Program-made: the position numbers and the translations under genes | DNA from: Atractiella rhizophila | Lineage: Eukaryota | Assembly (NCBI GenBank): GCA_021432655.1 | Contig: MU271203.1 | Span: 62,001-126,000, forward strand | Direction of reading: 5' to 3' | DNA: 64,000 nucleotides | The notes under the pieces: model-generated | Told to the model about the DNA's origin: nothing | Seen by the model: only the letters and a program-made list of their open reading frames with translations | The model's database searches: none | Part shown: piece by piece, positions 1-12,439 of the stretch | Layout: the number at the start of each line of letters is the position of its first letter | How positions within the stretch are numbered: position 1 is the stretch's first letter

Positions 1-166
1 ATTACAGCGCACAGGCTATCATCACTGCCGTTCAGGATTGGGTCGCATCGCTGGAGTTCTGATCTCAAGCTCTTTGGAAATAAACTTGTCGTAATCTACG
101 TACTACATACATATCATTTTAGCAGTCAGGTATAATCTGAAAAGAACATTGCTTTGCACCATTGTC

Positions 167-1545
167 TTATTTCACAAGATATTTTTGAAGAATGTCTTTG
201 ACCTTCTCAACAGGTAGACCTTCAAGCTTTAAGGTTTCTCCCTCTTTACCTCGCCGTCCCTCTCGTCCACCTACCAAAGAGTTCAGGATAGCTTCTTCCA
301 CCGCCTCACTTCCAGCTCTGAACACGGCATTTATACTCTCGTTCCGTATCGTTTCCACATCATAAGATTGGACCGGTGGGTGTCGATGGTTGATTTTCTC
401 CCCGTTTGGAGAGACAAGCAGCTCGTTCGTTTGGTTACCTGCAAAGCCGTGTGATCCAAGGTCAAGACGAAGTCGACGATAAAAAAGAGGACGAACCAGT
501 GGAGACGGCAAGGAAGATATCCCCACTGTGGTTCCGTCCTGAGCCATGAGAGCCAACTTGGGAGAGACCGATGGAGGCACGTTGAGCCAAACGTTGAAGT
601 TGATGAGGAATAAGTGGGGCATCGGTGCTGTTCCTCTAGTTTAAAACGTCGGTAGACCGTACGAGCACTCACAAGATATAAATGAGGATACTGCCGTCAT
701 CTGCCTTGCCTTCCGTTCCTTTGGCTGGAGCGACCTCCTTTTCTTGCAGCAACACTCTTCCAACAGGGACACCGCCAATTCTCAGGTCATTCGTATGTCC
801 GTAGTTCGACTGCACAATGGCGGCCACGACGTATTCTTTCCCCTCTTCGCCTTTGACCAAGCGAGAAGAAGTCCCGACTCCAGCTACGAATTCGTGACAA
901 GTCATTCCAGCTCCTCCGCCGAACGGTCCCTCCAAAACTTCCCCTTGAGCTCCGGAAGCAGCAAGATCGCAAGCTTCGATGGCCAGCGCCTTATCCACAA
1001 TGCTAGTTTCGATTCCGTTCAACCACCAGTCGCATGTCTCGCCTTTGCACGAAAATCGATCAGGTCACACGAAGTAAGCTCAGAGGAGATGCAGACCAAC
1101 GACCGGCGTCCCATAGAGACGCCCCATCTCGTCTTCAGGTATGCTCTCTTTCCTCCATTGAGATAGAACCCATTCCCAGAGACCTTGAAATGTGTTGCCA
1201 AGCGAAAGCGAATTGCACATGGCGATGGGCATGTTGATGGTACCCCAATCCCGAATTTGATGGCTTCCCGTGAGTTCTCCATTTCCATTTAAGACATGGA
1301 AAGCGGCGTAGACTGGGTGTTTGAATAGCGAAGAAGTTGGTCGCGGTAGAATGACAGTCACTCCTTTGACGATGGGGCCAGTTGGACCCGCCTCCACTAC
1401 GGTCTTTTGAGAGATCGATAGACCTGCCGTAGAGTGAGATAAAGCATTGAGCTCAAAGGAGAAGCAGGCCTTTGATGTCTAAGATTGAATTCTTAGGTCC
1501 AACGGGCAGTTGTCCCGGCATGTAGCCAAGATCACGAATCCTCAT
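167..1545 (-). CDS. DmpA-like aminopeptidase (peptidase family S58), multi-exon
   Basis: The spliced product has family motifs RIRDLG..PGQLPVGPKNSILD, NGNGELTG, PVVGETCD, GGGAGMTC and QSNYG, the G|S autoprocessing site DDGSI, and EAVEEAILNS. Confidence 0.88.
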
Positions 1546-2810
1546 CTCAATAAAATGTCGCAATTCAGGCCGTCGACGTTGAGATTGGTAATCATGTAAA
1601 GATATTTCTTCAGTACCCTCGCCCCTCCCAACAACGACTTTAAATCCATATGACATCTCGAGTCACACGACAGGCAAGGCTCCGCGGAATCGCATCGTTG
1701 GGGAGCAACACGACGCCTCGCTGTCGTCAAATATGGAATGAATGAAAGCTGCCCATAAACAATACAACGTTGCAAGTGGTCATTATTGTAGTGGTCACTA
1801 AAATATTATATCCCTCGCCAGTCTTTCCTTTGGTATAAAACCATGAATTCATTAATAAAAGTAAAAAGATAGAATAGCTATAAAAAAGGTCGTCGTTTCA
1901 TCTTCCGGATAAGAAGTGTCGATGTCGCCTTCACATCCTTACAAACGAAAAGTACCAGCTACGCCGGTAGTTCACCTAAGAGCTGAAAAGAAAGTCTAGC
2001 CTTCCATATAGATAAAGTTGTATGACAGACTCGGACGTTTATGGGAAGAAACAACGAGTTTGGGGTATTTGCCTTTCAAAAGATTAGGAATAAAATAGGG
2101 AGCACCAAAACCACAACATTATTGTTTGCCTTGCCATACACTACCAACCATGTAACACAACAACACAGGGATATTCTCCTTGATTGTCAGCTGGCATGTT
2201 TTCCGCTAAATTTTAGAGATAAACTCAGAAGAACTGCCAGCACACACTGCACCAAGTTTAATTCTCTGGTCTTCCATGCCTCCAAGCAGGCAGCACTCAC
2301 TTTGAGGCCGAGTTGAAACTCAACCTTTCCTTCCCCATGACCACCAGTGCCTGCCTCATGACAAATCGAGGGCTTCAGTAGCAGACTAGGAATGTACAAG
2401 CCTTCTGCTATCCTCTTGATATTGTCATTCAGCCGGAGCCGAACGCACAAGATTTCACTGGAGGTTTCACGAGGTTTGCAGTGGGTTTTACTGGGATTTC
2501 ACGTCTTCTTTGTCAAGATTCGAAAACGAAACGACGAACAGGTGGCATTGGCGTCACCTCGGCTGTCTTTATACTCGCCTGGTCACTTGGAGGTGTGCTT
2601 CGGTGGCCACGATAGCATCCTATACGAGGACAGTTACTGGGAGACCAACCAGAATCACCCGCACCCGAAAGGCTACTTTCGGAACCGAAAGAACGACTCC
2701 CGCTCAAAATACGACTTCTTCAACGAAGGCTATAACGCGCTTTTATCATATGAATTCAACGAGTATTTTACCTATTTAACATCTCTATCATATTCTACCC
2801 AAAATCAGAG

Positions 2811-5800
2811 ATGCCAACGTTAGCCACTTCTCGATCTCAAAACAACCTCCTCAAACGCTCTCCGCCGCGCGCTCGCAAATCCTCAAATGGCGCCAACCAA
2901 GCCCATCATCCTTCGAAAGGTGTCAACCCCCGTGTGACCCGCTCTAGGAGTTCGATGGATTTGGAGGCTAATGAGAAGGTGGACGATGGGGATGAAACAT
3001 CGGGGATAACCTCGTTGGATGATGAGACTGACGGAGAAGGAGCTGAGAAGATGGAAGAGAGAAAGATAGTGAGTCCTCGCCGTCGGTTGACTCGTGCACT
3101 CTCTGGGAATATGGGTGGTGTGCCTCTCTTTGCGCTCGACTCGCCCTCTCCCGTTTTAGCCAGGAAGAACAGGATGAAGAAGCGAGCACTCCGTAGCCCG
3201 TCGAGGAAGGCTCGCGTCCGTGTCCTTTCGCCTATCGTCAATATACCTCACAATCGATCACCCTTTCCTCCTCGCAAGAAGCGGATAACAAATCTCTCTC
3301 CTTACCATAGATCCATGGAAGCATCTCCGTCTTCTTCTTCTGCACCTTCGGGAAGCCCAAGGGAGCAGGAATACGAAGAAGAGAGTACCACTGATGAGGA
3401 TCTTGATTTTGAAGACCGTCCCGTTAGAGCGGGCACGAAAAGGAAGAGGATGGGAACTCAGGAAAATGGTAGGAGCCTTCGGCGGCGGCGGAGTAGTGGG
3501 ATTGGTGTAGGAATGAGAGTGCTGAAGAAGGGTAAAGGAAAGGAGAAGTTGAAGGAGGAACCACCCAGCTCCGGTGCCAGCTGGGTAAGCACAAGTACTG
3601 AAGTCGATGGGGAGCAGTTGGACGAAGACGTGGACAGTGAGTGTCCTATCTTTGGTTTCGACTATGATCTGGAGCTGAATGTGTTTCCTCCGTATAAAGT
3701 GGACGAGTTTCTCCTGAAGACCTCAACCATGTCCCAACTCCACAGGCAACGCAAGTCTTCTCTACAACGGCTCGTCTCGGCACTACCCTCCTCACGTTCC
3801 TCTAACGCCCTCACCTCCACAATGACGAAAGATGACCTCGTCGCCGCCATCCTTTCTGCCCGATCATCCTTGCCTTCCACTTCCGCCATCGTCTCCATCT
3901 CCCCCTCTGCGGCGCGTGATGTTTCTCCTTCACCGCCCCCAACCGTCAAAAAGCCAAACGCAAAGCAAATCCCTCCCAGTCTGGATTCTGGGGACTTGGT
4001 CACGGGGAAGAAGAAGGGACGGACGACTTCAACACCATTCAAATTTGAAGATTCGGACGCTTTGATAAAGGGAACAGCACTTTCGAGAAGCAAGAGTATG
4101 GGTGACCTGAAAGGAAAGTCAAGCAAGTTCGACCCCATCCGAGAGCTGGGAGTTGACGGTGGTTGTACTCGTATGACAAGGGCTCAGGAAAAGAAGGAGA
4201 AGAAGGAGTTGAGGAATGGGAAGTTTGTCGGTGTCGGTGCAAAGGGAAAGGCGAAGGAAGCAAAGAAGAGGAAAGTCACTTTTTCGGAGCTACCAGAGGA
4301 GAGCGACGAACCTGAGACGAGTGAGGACGATGCGGAGGAGTGGAGGGAGAGCGGGATGGAGGATGAGGAGGAGGAGGAAGAGGAAGAGGAAGAGGAGGCT
4401 GAAACAGATACCAATGAGGACGATGAGGGTCTTGCGCCACCGACACCGATTGCGAGGAGAACAAGGGCGGGTTCAGGCTTGGTGAGGCAGGAGAGCTCGC
4501 CGAATATAGGTGGGCTTTATATCACAAGGAAGAAGGCGAAGAAGACAATCGATGATCCCTCTGAGGAAGAAGATGAGGAGGAGGAGACAGGAGAGAGTGA
4601 AGGAATGGACGTGGATGAGGAAGAGGAAGTGGCGCCGAAGAAGGGACGGAAGAACTCCGTGCAACCGGAGACGCTGCCATCTGAGAGTGAAGAAGTAGAA
4701 GAGGAGGAGGAGGAGGAAGCAGACGAAGGAGAAGAAGAGGATGTCACTATCCGAGAAGATGATGGTATTGGTGTCGACGAAAGCGTGGAAGAAGAGCTCA
4801 CAGCTGGTCGTGTCCTGCGGACTCTCAGAAACGGCAAGATTATCGTTACAGAAGATGAAGGCGAGCAGGAGGAAGTGGAAGAGGAGGAAGAGGAAGAAGG
4901 CAGTGAAGAAGACGAGAATATGGAAGGTGTTGAGATTGACTTGTCCATTGCGACGAGAGCTAGTTTATTGCGATTAAGACGAGATGATCTTGTCGCCCTT
5001 TGCGAATCCCAGGAACTGGATTTTGAGGGAACCAAAAAGCAGCTTGTCAGTCGTCTACTCAAATCGGTGCGCCATCATCTTGTTTCTATCCATTTTGCTT
5101 AAACGACATGTTGTAGCGCGAAGCCGTCCCTGATAAACCGGCTGTAATGGACTCACCTTTGACCTCTGTCGCAACTACGACGGCATCCTCGAGCAGATCA
5201 AGTAATGCAACAGCCACACCAACCACGAAACGGCCGAAGCTCAAGCAGACAAAGACCGAGATTCTGAAGGAAATCGCATCAGGCAATCGCGATGTTAGTA
5301 CACCTCCGATCCTCCTTAAGGACAAAAGGAAGAGATTTTCCTCGGAAAAACCCGATACCCCTCCTGCTAGCGGTGAGGAGGCAGAAACGGAGTTGAACGG
5401 CCTGGACCTAGAGAGCCTGAATCTGCTCGATAAGGAGATCTCGCCCGATAAGCTGACTAAGCTCGAAAAAATTGGTAGTGGCGGTTTCAAGGTTTGTTTA
5501 ATCTTTCAATTTGGGATGTTGTTGATGAGCCGAGATAGGATGTATACAAAGGAAGGTACAAGCGTTACTCTGTTGCGATTGCGGATATCAGAGGACATCT
5601 CACGGAGATGGATATTAAAGAGCTTTCCCTCCTCCGAGATCTCAGACACGACAACATTGTCCGCTTCATCGGTGTCAGCATACCTGAAGACCCCAAAGAT
5701 GTTCCTTGTATGATCGTCACTGAGCTCTGTTCAAATGGAGACCTGTACGACTATATCAGGAACGTCAACGCACCGTCCCTTGAGAAAGTGGTATGCATCG

Positions 5801-6472
5801 TATATCTTAGTAACGACTCGAACTTAAAAGTCATAACAGCTGAGCATTATGCTTGATATCGCACGTGGTCTTGAATATCTACACACCAACACCCCCTCCA
5901 TCATCCATCGTGATCTCAAATCCTCCAATGTGCTCATCACTGCTAAAGGAGTGGGCAAAATCAACGACTTTGTATGTGCTCATTACTTGTCTTGCTCCTA
6001 ATTGCTGACACTATCGTCTAGGGCCTTGCTCGGGTTAAGAACTCTACTAGGTCTATGGTCAAGTCGTTGGTTGGTACTGTGAATTGGCAAGCACCAGAGC
6101 TTTGGGTCCCGCACCCTCGTTACAACGAAAAGGTGGATGTTTACTCGGCTGGTCTGGTCTTCTGGGAAATGTTGCAATGGCACTTCCCGACAAAGAAGTA
6201 TCCATTCGAGGGGTCGAATGAACATGTTAGTCCCACTTATTTTATCTGTTTAAGGGTGTCCCGAGCTGATGCTTTTAAAGGCTATCTACAACGATGTCGG
6301 AAAGAACAAAATGCGACCGTCCACGAAGGGTATGAAGCCACAGTGGGGATCCGATATTCTTTTGCTCATAGACAAGATGTGGGCTCAAGAGCCGTCTGCG
6401 CGACCTCGGATGACAGAAATAGTTCATACACTCGAAGAACAATACCTGGAAGCTCGGAAGAAGAAACGGTGA
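2811..6472 (+). CDS. TKL-group protein kinase with long acidic/basic disordered N-terminus and SAP-like domain
   Basis: Spliced exons give [57 protein letters not shown] and PSARP. A SAP-like segment [31 protein letters not shown] lies at about 4965-5060. Confidence 0.9.
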
Positions 6473-7577
6473 TGAAGCGATTTTGGTAACGAGGTTGTGC
6501 ATAGGTTTCAGGTCCTTGTTTTATTAATTGCGTCTTATATCCCTTGCTCACAACTCATATTTTTGGAGGCCGAACTTCCCTCTGCTTCTCTGCAGCATAT
6601 CATCAAGAAACTCATCCCAGCATTCAGCTCTATTTTCGCGAATTTTCACTTCTGCTTCCATGAAATCTCTGACCATTCACACTTTGCCTTTATGCGGTTG
6701 TAGGTTGACCAAGTGCCATAAAATATGATTGTCGTTCCTCCAGAAGTTATTGTTCGTGAAAGACACCAAACCGAAAATCTCGGTTCATATTAAATTGACA
6801 GAGTTCTGTACATCTCTCGTCAATGTCCAGAGCGAGAGAAGTAACCTTTGGTTGCTGTGAAATCGACTGCTCAATAGTGATAACCCTCTCAAACAGATCT
6901 AACGATATTAATCAATCAGGGTGCTTAGCGGGTGTTGGGATTTGAGGTGTTGGACTTTTGGCATCATCATCATCAAAAAATTAAACTGAAACGGTGGGCG
7001 AATGAGAAGTGGCGGTCAACAACAAAATCCCAAGGCTTTCAATCAATAACTGTTAGCTTTCAGAAATTGGAGGGATCTGCTCAATTTTCTACAGAGGTTG
7101 GAATAGAAGGCTGCCTTTGGAGAAATAGGACTTTGTGCGGCAAGGACTGAAATAAGAGAAAAGGCCAATAAGACTTACCAAGCTCTTCCGTCATGGAATA
7201 CAACATTACCGCCAAAATCATCGAAAAGGAAGTACAGAGAGTCAAAATCGTTCACAAGTGCCACTCCCTTCATGAGCTGCAAGATCAAGAGAGAAAGCAC
7301 TCCGGAAACTGCTCCAAAGCAACTCCTTTCAAGAACTATATTCGCCCAGCCTACAATGCTTGCCTGTCTCATCCATAGTTATAACGAGCTTTCTTTGGCT
7401 TACCATTATTATTATTAGCTGGTCATCAGGGCGTCCCTTGATTTGGACCTGTCCGAGCTTCCAGTCACAGGAATCTCAAACCTCCGCCCGGACGTCCAAC
7501 CCCAACCACCAACCAATTGGCGCTCACGACTTCACGACTTTACGGCTTCACGAATCGACATTCCAACAGCCACCAGC

Positions 7578-8811
7578 ATGGGACTCACATCGATACTCGG
7601 ACTCCCTCTCCTCGAAGAGCACTGGAAGGTAACCGTCGTTTCTGCGCTCTCCTGCGTCCTTCTTCAATCCATCATTGGTCCCATTCTGTCCTCGCTTTAC
7701 TTCCCTACGACCTACCCACAACTCCCTCCTAAAACACGGTTTGGATGGAACATTCGAGTCGTCGCTTTCGTTCATGCCCTTATAGTCACTCCATTCTCCT
7801 ATTACTACCTCAGGAATCCACCGCCGGCTTATGTCGAGGAGCCTCTGATAGGATACGACCGAACAGCGTCGAACCTCTTTGCGCTCAGCTTTGGATATTT
7901 CCTCTGGGACACAGTCATTAGCGTCGTGGATGCCGTCAAGTATAAAGCTGGTTGGGGATTTGTGTTGCACGGAGTGGCGTGCGCTTTCGTCTTTTCGAAC
8001 ACCTTTAGACCTTTTGCAACAGGTTTTGGGGCTGTCTTCTTACTAGTGAGTTTTTCTTTCGTTACCCATCAATATTGGGCGTGAAGCGAGTTTGGGGTGC
8101 TGTTCATGACAAGAACGGTGTAATGCCAAGATGCTGAACGTGCCGTTTGTGCCGCTCGTCCCTGCTCTGCGTCTAGCGAATCAGATGCTTTACATCACTC
8201 TGCACTTGCACTTCCTCTCCAATTTACATTCGCATCCATTTCCTTTACTCTTGTTGACACAGCTTGCTGACTTAACCGTGTTTATGACTTCATCAACGAC
8301 AGTGGGAGCTCTCTACAATGTTGGTCCTTTTCCTTCCTCATCTCATTATCGCTAACAACAATCCTCAGTTTCCTGAATCCGCACTGGTTCTTCGACAAGC
8401 TGGGAATGACTGGTTCCCGCGCACAATTGATCAACGGCATCCTGCTCCTCTCGTCCTTCTTCTTCGTCCGCCTCGTAATTGGAACCTACCACTCCTATCG
8501 GTTATGGGTGGAAACATTCTTAGAGCTTTCACGCCCTGAAGAGGATGGCGGGAGGAGGATTGGGTGGTTCGTCGCAGTTGTGACTTTGTTAGGGAATGGC
8601 AGTGTCTGTGGTATGCACTCCGTTTTGACCTTCGATTTCGAGGTATTGATGTTAGCCAATTTGCCGTCTAGGATTGAACTTCTTCTGGTTCAGACAAATG
8701 ATTGCAGCTCTCAAGAAGCGCTTTGCTCCGACAGAAGGAGATAAGAACTTACATGTCACGCCTAAGAATCGGGTGGCGGAGGAAGCGAGTTTGGAGAAGA
8801 AGATGGAGTGA
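7578..8811 (+). CDS. TLC (TRAM/LAG1/CLN8) domain membrane protein, TMEM56/TDA4-like
   Basis: Motifs WNIRVVAFVHA, GYFLWD, GFVLHG, L|WELST-FLN.HWFFDK, FFFVRL and LNFFWF. Introns at 8046-8302 and two short ones downstream; stop TGA at 8809-8811. Confidence 0.88.
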
Positions 8812-9219
8812 AGGAGTTTCCATTAGGAAGCAACTCGAAGACTTGGTAGAGGTGCAGTTCAAGAAGAGTGCTATATACATAGTGCCGCGAGTCGTTCGTT
8901 GGTGATGTTTTGTACTGTCCAAGAGCGGAGTGAGGATTGAGATGCTGCGTCGTTTCAGAAGTTCTGTTTTGGGGTATTGGTGCTAGATCGTAGGTAATAG
9001 TAGATTATCACATTATTCTATTTGCCACCGGGCCCACCTCCTCAACTCGTTCCCTTTGAAGTTCTCTGGGCCGTAGTCCCAAGGGCCGAATCATAATCCC
9101 TAGTCACGTTCATTTGTACTCAGCTTGACAAGCAACTTGAAAAGGTCGTCCAGCAATGCCCTGGTCAGACAAGATCGTACACAGCTAGCCAGCTACCCAG
9201 GGATTTATGGTGCGGTTCA

Positions 9220-10707
9220 ATGGCGAATGCAGGTGATCAAGTTGAGGCTGGTGCTGGTGAGCTCTACCGATTTTACAACATTACAGCTGAGCTCTTTGCC
9301 ATAGTTCTTTCAGCATGCCCAACTCCAGACTTGAAGAATGCAAATCAATGCCGCTCAACCATCGAACACACCCTTCCGATAATTTTCAAGTTCCTTTCCG
9401 AGACAACTCAAGATTTTCCGAGTCCTGCTCTCCTTCCTTGCGCGCTCGTCTCCCGCTCCTGGTATTCTCTCGCACTACCATGGATATATCAGGTTCTACG
9501 TTTGGAGAGCTACTTTGACGCACTTACCTTCTGGAAATCTCTGCCTGCTCTTCGTCGCCCCAGTGTAGAAAGGTCGCCTTCTGCCGTTTCTCCTCTGTGT
9601 TGGATCCAAAGTCTATCTTTCGACCCATCGGCATTCTCTTATATGTCACTGGCATTGTCACAGTTTGAGCCTGAGATGTTCATCGTGGACATCTTGGATG
9701 CCATTGCGGATGCGAATGGAGAGAACTCTAATTCCAACTTGAGAGTTCTTGAATTGCAGCTGCCTAACGATTTCGCGATCTCTGGCTTTTGTGTGATTTC
9801 GGAGAACCTTTGGCGAGCGATTGCAAGACATGATGGGCTGCAAACCTTAGAAGTGCAACTGAACGGGACTGGGGGGACGAACGAAGTGTTAGATAGGGTA
9901 CCGTTCGGACATTACAAGGATGGGTTGCACGATCGAGCGCTCTCTCTCCTTCTGGAACAAGTGAGGAGACTTGACAATCACCTTGCGCTTCCAATTCTAG
10001 GGCACCTTAGCTCGCTCCGTCTCAAAGATACCTACATTACCGACTCCATTATTTCTGGCGTCTGTTGCTCGCAAACCATTGAAAATTTCCATCTCCTCTC
10101 CTGTTATGGATGGACGGTTCATGGTCTCCATGTTTCTCTCACATTCCTCTCCAAATCTCTCACTGAGTTCGAGTGTATCGTGGAGCACGATGCCGAAACG
10201 ACCAGTCTTCGATGGAACACCTTCCTCGACGGCACGATGCCTTTTTTCAAGCTGAAAGTATTTCACTTGAAGAGAGATTGGCCTTTCAATCTTCACCTTT
10301 GTCGCTTCATCCGACTCTTCCCTCCCGGCGAATTTCTATCCTTTGACGTCTCAGGAACATTGCCTTTGGACCCAGCTTCTCTGTTGATACATATTAGGGA
10401 TCTTTCCTGTGTTAAGAAGATGGGAACTATTCGACTCGAATTCTTGTATGATGAGAACGGGAGAGGAGCGCAGAGGAAGACCAAGTTTCACCAACTAGGC
10501 ACCGTACGGGCTCTTTGTCAATACGTGGACGAGAGGAAGATTGACGTATTGTTCGACATGGGGAGAGGGAAGGTTTGGGACTGGAAGAGTCTCGAGAAGA
10601 TGGCACTTAAGATCGAGAAGAGCAAAGAGTACCACACGTTTTCAAGTTCAGATACAATGCGACCATTTGGCCCTCAGAGTCTGTCAAAAATGTTTCCTGA
10701 CGTGTAA
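9220..10707 (+). CDS. F-box-like/LRR-like hypothetical protein, apparently single exon
   Basis: 495 aa ORF with an F-box-type helix (LPIIFKFL...LLPCALVSRSWYSLALPWIY) followed by LxxLxL repeats (LRVLELQ, LQTLEVQ, LSSLRLK, LKVFHLK). The start codon is uncertain. Confidence 0.65.
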   Translation: MANAGDQVEAGAGELYRFYNITAELFAIVLSACPTPDLKNANQCRSTIEHTLPIIFKFLSETTQDFPSPALLPCALVSRSWYSLALPWIYQVLRLESYFDALTFWKSLPALRRPSVERSPSAVSPLCWIQSLSFDPSAFSYMSLALSQFEPEMFIVDILDAIADANGENSNSNLRVLELQLPNDFAISGFCVISENLWRAIARHDGLQTLEVQLNGTGGTNEVLDRVPFGHYKDGLHDRALSLLLEQVRRLDNHLALPILGHLSSLRLKDTYITDSIISGVCCSQTIENFHLLSCYGWTVHGLHVSLTFLSKSLTEFECIVEHDAETTSLRWNTFLDGTMPFFKLKVFHLKRDWPFNLHLCRFIRLFPPGEFLSFDVSGTLPLDPASLLIHIRDLSCVKKMGTIRLEFLYDENGRGAQRKTKFHQLGTVRALCQYVDERKIDVLFDMGRGKVWDWKSLEKMALKIEKSKEYHTFSSSDTMRPFGPQSLSKMFPDV

Positions 10708-10837
10708 AGGATGGAAAGCCAATGCATTGCTTGATTTGAAATGAAAGATATGTGACAGTATGGAAGGATGTAAACGAAGAAGTGTGCAATTGCTTGTAGG
10801 AGGACATGAGAAGGGATTGCGAACCGTGACTAAAGAT

Positions 10838-11816
10838 TCAGTCATGCTTATTTACATGTTCCGCGTATTCGTCAATCAAAGTCGGCCCTGTTTGCAATCT
10901 CATCAATTTCATCCGACTTTCAAAGAAATGAGAAACATTACAAGCGCCGTCTTCGCTCCAGCCGCTGAGTGTCTTCTTCCCATCCTCTTCCACAAGCTGC
11001 ATGCTCCTCGAAAATTCTAACACCATTCCCCATCCATCCTTCGTGATGCCCTTCAGACCTGCCTTCATTCTCTCTTCCACGAATCCTAAAAAGTCCTTCA
11101 CCATCTCTTCATCGGCTTCTGCATAGTCTGGAAGTAGTAAAGACCAAAGAGTGAGTGCAAGATCGATCGGCAGGGAACGTGCGCCGGGAGAGAGGAAGAA
11201 AGGGAAAAGGAAGTTGTAAAACGGTTGGAACGTTGGCGAGCGCTCCTCTTTGAAGGAATCGCACGTGTTTAGGAGGTATGTTTTGAGCTTGGCCAATGTA
11301 GTCAAACCGTGAGATGACATAAATTTCGCCAACGATGCAGCATTGAATTGACCCTTTAATCAGACGGCGCGTCAAGTCCAATTCTACACTACCAAGGATA
11401 GGTCATAACAAATCATGACGCACCAGTTCTGAAGCGCCAGTTTTCCAAGCCAGCACCATAGGCTCTAATCCCTCTACCCCGATCTCCATATCTGTAAACA
11501 GAGCCTCCGCACCTTCAGCACCAATGGTTCCCTCGACTTTGGCGTCCTTATCCACGTACTTCTCAAGGATTGCCTCTGGACCAGCAGGGGCGGAAGCAAC
11601 CTGAGATATTTTCTTTGGTGCGACCTCTTCCACGCTGTTATCGCTGCTCATCGTGGCATCCTCAACTATAGGAGCGCTCTTCTTTTTGCCCCTCCCTCCA
11701 CTTTTCGATGTCGATCCAGACGCTCCACTTGCAGCTCTCTTTGAGGACCTCGTCGCAGTCTTCTTGGTTGGAGGAGCCGAGGTCGCTTCTGATGCTGCTT
11801 TCCGCTTGGGAGCCAT
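10838..11816 (-). CDS. DCN1: DCN1-like cullin neddylation protein (PONY domain; basic N-terminus, no UBA seen)
   Basis: Motifs IGAEGAEALFTD, MVLAWK, FYNFLFPF, GARSLPIDLALTLWSLL, ITKDGW.MVLEF and, after splicing, EDGAWPTLIDEY. Confidence 0.85.
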
Positions 11817-12439
11817 CGCGCGTAGGTCAAGAGAAGAAGAGACAGGAAAAATGCACAGAAGAAAGACTGAAGTGGTCGTCTTGTTTGGGCTCCATATCAA
11901 ACAAGCTCACGTGGTTTTAAGCACGTCGAGTCGCGCTTGCCACACGCGTCGAGTCAGCGAAAAGCGAGGCCAGAGAGCACCTTTGATATAGTTGCAGACC
12001 TATTGAGGGATGTGTGGTTATCTGGAAACTCGCATGAACGCGACGAGATCGCGAAATCGGTTGGAGCTGAGGCATGTTCAACACATGAGATAATCAGATC
12101 AACAAATGCATCTCAGACGGCGTTGGCTTCTCGTAGGGATCCTTTCAGATGATTAAACGGCAGTAGTCTAATGAGAATAAGCTACTTGCTTCTGCAATAG
12201 CTCAGAGTGCTTCCTACATCGCGAGCTAATCTTAGGCCTTCACTGGCAATCTTCTACCCAATTACCCAACTCAACATCATATAACAGACACAACTCTGTC
12301 CTTAAATACAGATGACAATCTGCATAAAACATCCAAAAACATCTCATTTCTGGTCTGGAGGAGTGTGAGTCACTGCGGAAGCTACGTCACGGTGATCCGT
12401 GTCTTTCCGATGAGCCTGCAGGAGCAGTGATCAACCACG

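Noticed and set aside
1780..2800. AT-rich/CpG-poor stretch and short ORFs between the divergent DmpA and kinase genes
   Set aside because: No transposon hallmarks or protein motifs; consistent with a bidirectional promoter/UTR.
4184..5062. Antisense Ser-rich ORFs (also 34371-34844 and 61555-62673)
   Set aside because: Shadows of Glu/Asp-rich or repeat-coding sense strands.
6520..7380. Possible decayed minus-strand gene (GTAAGT donor at about 7177, short open frames)
   Set aside because: Frames are interrupted and no domain is recognisable, so it cannot be supported.
8090..8145. TPP riboswitch- or SECIS-like words (GGGGTGC, TAATGCCA, ATGA...AA...TGA) in the TLC intron
   Set aside because: The TPP GCTGAGA and CTTGAT elements are missing or out of order, the SECIS stem does not pair, and no in-frame UGA was found.
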